From Chrysomallon squamiferum (Eukaryota > Animalia > Mollusca): a stretch of DNA of 64,000 nucleotides. The DNA is taken from contig CM022675.1 of the NCBI GenBank assembly GCA_012295275.1, positions 4,154,001 to 4,218,000 of the forward strand, in the 5' to 3' direction. Under the pieces are notes generated by a model. The model saw only the letters and a list, made by a program, of their open reading frames with translations. It did not search any database and had not been told where the DNA came from. Each line of letters starts with the position of its first letter. The stretch's first letter is position 1. Made by a program: the position numbers and the translations under genes. This document shows, in pieces, positions 58,521 to 64,000 of the stretch.

Positions 58521-59384
58521 GAAATTTATAGGAGGAGTGGTATAATCTATGTAACAGACACAAGAATAAAACGAGATCTAGAATGAGCTGATCAAGATGG
58601 GGTAGACATTTTGCTTAATGTTTTTTACTCTGTTACTGAGCAACCGTTTCGTCTTGTTAGTCACGTGACTGGGTGTCTGAGTCTCGTCAGAGGCAGATGT
58701 CGGGGCTCGTGAGGTCGTGATTGAACTTTGTCCTCTTGCGCCAGTACTATGAGTGTGTGTTATTGAAGAGAACAGAGATAATTAATGTTGTTTTGTTTAA
58801 ACCAAAAAATCTCTGTGATGATTACAACTGAATTCCATCTCAAATAATGTTCCCGTTTCCGTACGTCAGTCCGTATTGGATTTATTAAAATATACAATAT
58901 GCAGTGTTTTATTACGTATAGTAATTTGAAAACGTCTCTCTATATATAACGTGAAATGTAATTTTTTAGTAAATATATTTTATTATATATATATTGCATT
59001 TTAATATTTTTTTAATATATGTTTTAGTTGTTCAGTGTTTTAATAGATAAACTGCATTTCAGTGCTTATAAAATTTTAAATTTTTCTCTTTTAATAGATA
59101 TATTTTATTATGCATTTTTTAAAATACATTTTAATGCATATTTAATATATAAATGTTTTTATATATATTTTATTATTCACTTTTTACTTTCAATATATTT
59201 TTTATATATATTTTACTGTTAGGATACATAGCATTTTTGTATATATATTATTTATATATATTTTATACATATTTTAATATATATGAGAAATAGAAAACAG
59301 TTCACTTTAGAGATAAATACTGAATATTGTTAACATAACATCACATATACCTCGCAGAAATTTTATAAATACCTTTTATATGCA

Positions 59385-59438
<54 letters not shown>

Positions 59439-59542
59439 CAACAACAACAAGTACGGCAACCATAATATATTTTCACAAACACATCTCTTTCTATTTACAA
59501 ATTTAAAACGAACGATTTCATAACATGTAAATAATTAATTAA

Positions 59543-60037
59543 TTAATTTTTAGTTTGTTCGGACTGTCTAGCTTTTTTTCTCCATATGTCAACAGATCTC
59601 TTCCATAGATAAAAGAAGGGCGTTGACCTGGAGTTTATGAAGCTGACCGTTGTCAAAGTTTGTTTGCCCCCGTCATCTGCCCAGCGAACTGCTCGTCTGC
59701 TTTCTCTTTCTGAATAACGTGACGTCACAATTTCGTCGTCTGCCTTTGAAAACCTTTGACCTCTGAGACAAGATTTAAGAACGTTGTCCTCTTTCCTGCG
59801 AACACTTTCAGTCACATCGGGTATTTTATTCCGAGAATCGGCTTTCGAGAGATGTTTTGTCGTCGAAGAAGAAACCAGTTTGTCGCTAAACTTTTCCTCT
59901 TTCAGACCAAGTTGCCCAGCTGCCGAGTCTGATTTAGAATCATCTTTTCGTGTTTTGGTTCTGCTCTTTGTCACCCGTTTTCCACAGCCACCCGTCTCAG
60001 CTGCAAGAACCAGAGATTCGTAAAAGAAATACAACAT
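59543..60037 (-). CDS. Intronless 164 aa basic, probably disordered protein with PP1-docking motifs (putative PP1 regulatory subunit)
   Basis: Non-repetitive ORF from ATG to TAA; LKSCLR (SILK-like), RRAVRWAD (RVxF/W), LTTVSFINSR (PhiPhi plus Arg-like); CCAAT (60100) and YY1-like (60125-60140) motifs upstream. Confidence 0.75.
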   Translation of the reverse strand: MLYFFYESLVLAAETGGCGKRVTKSRTKTRKDDSKSDSAAGQLGLKEEKFSDKLVSSSTTKHLSKADSRNKIPDVTESVRRKEDNVLKSCLRGQRFSKADDEIVTSRYSERESRRAVRWADDGGKQTLTTVSFINSRSTPFFYLWKRSVDIWRKKARQSEQTKN

Positions 60038-60899
60038 CGTGCTCGCAACTAATCACTATAATTACCAGCTGCTTTTACATAATTCTGTAATGACTAAGTC
60101 AGCCAATCAAAAGCATTGTTAGTCCGGCAGCCATATTTTGTTTCGGCGTCTTAATTATTATATATTTTTTTGTTTTGTTTCGTGTTGATAACTGAAGTTT
60201 AGGACATAGATATACTGAATCCACATCGTCTCACCCTGGAGCAGTTTGTGCTAGGAGGTAAATTCAAGATGGCCGCCATCGAAACTATTTTGCTCATATC
60301 TTCGTAACTGAATTGTTAATAGAAACATTAATGAAAGGCATTTAGTGCTGTTCATGCATAAATAAAAACACAAAAAAAACACCAAGACAGCAACCATAGA
60401 AAGATGACGATGTGGCTATCTTAAGTCAAATTAAAGTCCTGTCGGCCTTTTGATATTCTGTATATGCTATCGTGTCAGTTATAAGCTAATACCTGAAAGG
60501 AAAATAATAAATAATCAACTATTTAAGTGTATCGTATTTACTGCTGTTTTAATTACTCTAAGATGTATGTATCCAAACTGACCGCCTCCGAATCCGAAAA
60601 AATGTATGATGATTACTAGAAAAAATAGAAATATTAAATATTGCAGAAAATGGATATTCTCTAGAAATCTGAACTATATGTTATTGTATTTTAAATGCTT
60701 GTTTTCTTAAAATATCTGGATTTTATTCTTTCTCTTTCTTGTGCTTTTTAAAGTAGTCAAGTTCATGATTAATAAAATGAGTTTCGATGTTTCTAGGCAT
60801 TTGCTTCTAAATGTCATTCAACATTGGAAGAACTCAGAACTGACGTAAATGTGCTTTTATTTAGTCTTCAGTCATCGGATTGCCATCGCCTAGTTTTCA

Positions 60900-60944
<45 letters not shown>

Positions 60945-61040
60945 TACACACACAGAAACACACACACACAGACACACACACAAACACACACACACACACA
61001 CACACACAGACACACACACACAGAGACACACAGACACACT

Positions 61041-61394
61041 AAGTGTTTGCAGGAAAGAGGACAACGTACTTAAATCTTGTCTCAGAGGTCAAAGGTTTTC
61101 ACAGGCAGACGACGTAACTGTGACGTCACGTTATTCAGAAAGAGAAAGCAGACGAGCAGTTTGCTGGGCAGATGATGGCGGCAAACAAACTTGGACAACG
61201 GTCAGCTTCATAAACTCCAGGTCAACGCCCTTCTTTTATCTATGGAAAAGATCTGTTGACATCCGGAGAAAAAAAGCTAGACAGTCCGAACAAACTAAAG
61301 ATTAATTAATTAATTATTTACATGTTATGAAATCGTTCGTTTTAAATATGTAAATAGAAAGATGTTTGTGAAAATATAGTTGCCGTTGTTGTTG

Positions 61395-61432
<38 letters not shown>

Positions 61433-61450
61433 TATTATTATTATTATTAT
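61041..61450 (+). pseudogene. Inverted, 5'-truncated near-identical copy of the 3' half of the 59543-60037 gene plus its 3' flank
   Basis: 61041-61450 is the reverse complement of about 59807-59390 with few substitutions; starts right after a (CA)n tract and has no genuine start codon. Confidence 0.9.
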
Positions 61451-61465
61451 TAAAAACAATAATAA

Positions 61466-62390
61466 TGAATGAATGAATGAATGTATAACGACACCCTAAT
61501 AGGAAATAAAGTATTACAGTTTGACTAAATTAAAATTTACGATAAAATTCTGTAACCCTCAGAAATTTTAAAACAAGTTCAGGATGGAACTGAAAAGATT
61601 GCATCACACCTATTTAACCAATTATATCTTTTCGTATCTGCCTAAGATGACTGCACTGCACCAAAATGCGACACATTGTCCGAGTACTTAAACTGACTGT
61701 TCACACTCACGTGGACGATCCTTCTTCAGCATAAATGAATGGGTCAAAAAAGTATGACCGATGCGAGCACAACACAAGTCGAAATTGGCAGATTTACATT
61801 CAGCATGGTCAGCTGAATATCATGGGACTGTTTTAAATAAATAAATAAAAAAATAAAAAAAAATAAATAAATAATAAAAACGCAAACAGCCTTAAAATGG
61901 TTCAAAAATAAACTTAATACAGTTGGACGATCCTTCTTCAGGATAAATGAATGGGTCAAACAAGTAGGACCGATGCGAGCACAACACAAGACTATCTCAT
62001 CCTTCCTACACTGGTAGTAAGAGGACTGCCACTCTCCCAGGTCTGGCTTCACAGAATGAAACTTGTTCACGACTGCAGCGTTCCAATCATTTTACCAAGA
62101 GGAAATGGTAACTTCTGATACTTCGTGATGATGTTTAAAAACGTATAGAAAACACCAGCCCTTCGCACGTGGCAATTCCAAAACCGAGTATTTGATCAAA
62201 CGAACTGCTAACTGGGTCAGATTTCATTTTCACTGCCGCAGCACAGGATTTCCCTTCTACCACAGACACCTCTGTCTCCACACGCTTCCTAGCTTCAGGA
62301 AGAGTCAAATATTTCTCGGCTTTAACCTGTTGTACCGGTTTTTTTCTTCAAATTTCCATCTTGCACATTGTTGGGACATTGTAATGGTTT
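61466..62390 (-). mobile_element. Internally deleted I/Nimb-clade LINE relic (ORF1 fragment joined to the ORF2 3' end, (ATTC)n tail)
   Basis: ORF1-like CARWKFEEK..VQQVKAEKYLTLPEARKRVE..SCAAAVK (about 62220-62380); post-RNase H ORF2-like NKFHSVKPDLGEWQSSY..RKDEIVLCCARIG..LTHSFILKKD; GTCGTTATACATTCATTCATTC tail at 61466-61495. Confidence 0.8.
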
Positions 62391-62676
62391 TGGTATCAAA
62401 GGAACAACAGGTAAGCATAGATATCCAGTGTCTGTAAGGGTGAGTTCGTCAAATTTTAAAATCATTATTCCGGTGACTGTTGATTCTGTTTGCTAATGTC
62501 TTCTCAAACTGCTTCTAAATCTTTCCACCTAGTAACTCGTTACAAGAATTTAAGGAAAATATGGCGACACATTGTTAAACAAAACTTTCGACTGAAGAAG
62601 ACATCGAGAATGAGTCCAAGTCGAAAATTATACCAGAAGTGTACCATTTTTCATTTTGTTTGTTCGTTATTATTAC

Positions 62677-62744
<68 letters not shown>

Positions 62745-63052
62745 TGTTTGCTTTTTACAGAAGCTGACAAGCCAATTTTGAACAGCAAAACGTGACACTA
62801 ACCATCAGATGAACTAATGATCAGAAACCTTGGCCACGAATAAAAAGTTACAACTTTTGATACATTTTTTTCATTATTATTATTATTGTTATTATTGTTA
62901 TTGTTATTATTATTATTATTGTTGTTGTTGTTGTTGTTGTTGCTGTTACGTTTAACGTTACTATTTTGTATTCTAGGAGTGTAGATGCTTTGTCTCTAGC
63001 GACCTAGAGAGAAAGACAGAGAAAAAAAGAACAGAGGTATATAGGAAAAATA

Positions 63053-63162
<110 letters not shown>

Positions 63163-63475
63163 TGAAGCCGTATCCTTATTACTACTAGTACTTCTTCCAC
63201 TACTACTACAACTAACAAAAGTATAACCTCTACTACTATTAGTGCTACTGCTACTACTACTGCTATCGCTACAACTACTACTAATTTCATCATCATTATT
63301 ATAATGAAACATTTTATTCAACAATTATCAACAAAAAAGCACTTTAAATAGAAAAAAAACAGAATATAGTGATTTTTTTTTATAATTGTTGAAAAAAAAT
63401 ATATATATATATATGTATATAAATAAATAAATGATGGATGGATGAATGGATGAACTGATAGACAGACAGGCAGAT

Positions 63476-63520
<45 letters not shown>

Positions 63521-63875
63521 CAGACAGATAGATAGATATATAGACAGACAGACAGATAGATAGATATGTAGACAGACAGGCAGATATAGATAGACAGATA
63601 GATAGATAGATAGATAGATAGAAGATAGACAGACAGATATATATATAGACAGATAGATATAGATAGATAGATAGATATAGATAGATAAATAGATAGATAT
63701 AGATATAGATATAGATATAAATAAATAAAAGGTGAAAATAAAATTTACTCAAAGGCAAGGTAAATGTTTTCTGATATTTTTATTTAAAAGAAACAAAAAA
63801 TATTTTTGTACAGACGAAAATGGTTTGACGATGTAAAACATATTAAAACTAATACCCCGTTCGAAAATGTTATCT

Positions 63876-64000
63876 TCAGTTCTTGTACTTGTCCGCTGTT
63901 TCAGTGTCCGGCACTCGGTGTTTGGCGAGCAAAGGACGGAGGATGAGAGGAATGTACCTCGGCTTTATGTAGCGAATGCTTTCCAGCTGACGTTCTCCAG
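63876..64000 (-). CDS. C-terminal end of a coding sequence entering from the right edge (GERQLESIRYIKPRYIPLILRPLLAKHRVPDTETADKYKN*), possible relative of 59543-60037
   Basis: GC-rich open frame ending in TGA at 63876; G..QL..I.YI..R..P pattern parallels GGKQTLTTVSFINSRSTP. Confidence 0.55.
   Translation of the reverse strand, partial: GERQLESIRYIKPRYIPLILRPLLAKHRVPDTETADKYKN

Noticed and set aside
60262-60285. YY1 site CAAGATGGCCGCC as a promoter element
   Set aside because: The same motif sits in the repeat fragments at about 49585 and 57822, so it is probably transposon-derived.
60880-61305. 141 aa ORF as an independent gene
   Set aside because: The N-terminus is (CA)n-derived poly-HT with a non-ATG start; the rest is the inverted partial duplicate.

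Overview
Eukaryotic (animal) genomic DNA, very AT-rich and saturated with microsatellites (AG, AC, AAT, AGT, ATAG, AAAT). The composition and LINE/MITE content suggest a mollusc, possibly a cephalopod (inference only). Nearly all ORFs in the supplied track are microsatellite artefacts. Supported genes, all on the minus strand: (1) a tandem pair of paralogous 5-exon genes (45247-50880 and 54461-58425) that I spliced by hand into 183 aa and 180 aa secreted proteins with a signal peptide, 10 conserved cysteines and all phase-1 coding introns; I do not recognise the family; (2) an intronless 164 aa ORF (59543-60037) with SILK-like, RVxW and PhiPhi/Arg-type PP1-docking motifs, a near-identical inverted partial copy 1.2 kb away, and what looks like the C-terminus of a related gene at the window end; (3) the first coding exon of a small single-pass membrane protein (24310-24556) next to non-coding patches rich in CRE and ATCGAT motifs; (4) a probable spliced lncRNA at about 42.1-43.9 kb. 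Repeats: a pogo-like TIR element with a PHD finger, Tc1/mariner relics and MITEs, an internally deleted I/Nimb-type LINE, a 3-copy 2.3 kb tandem duplication and several minisatellites.
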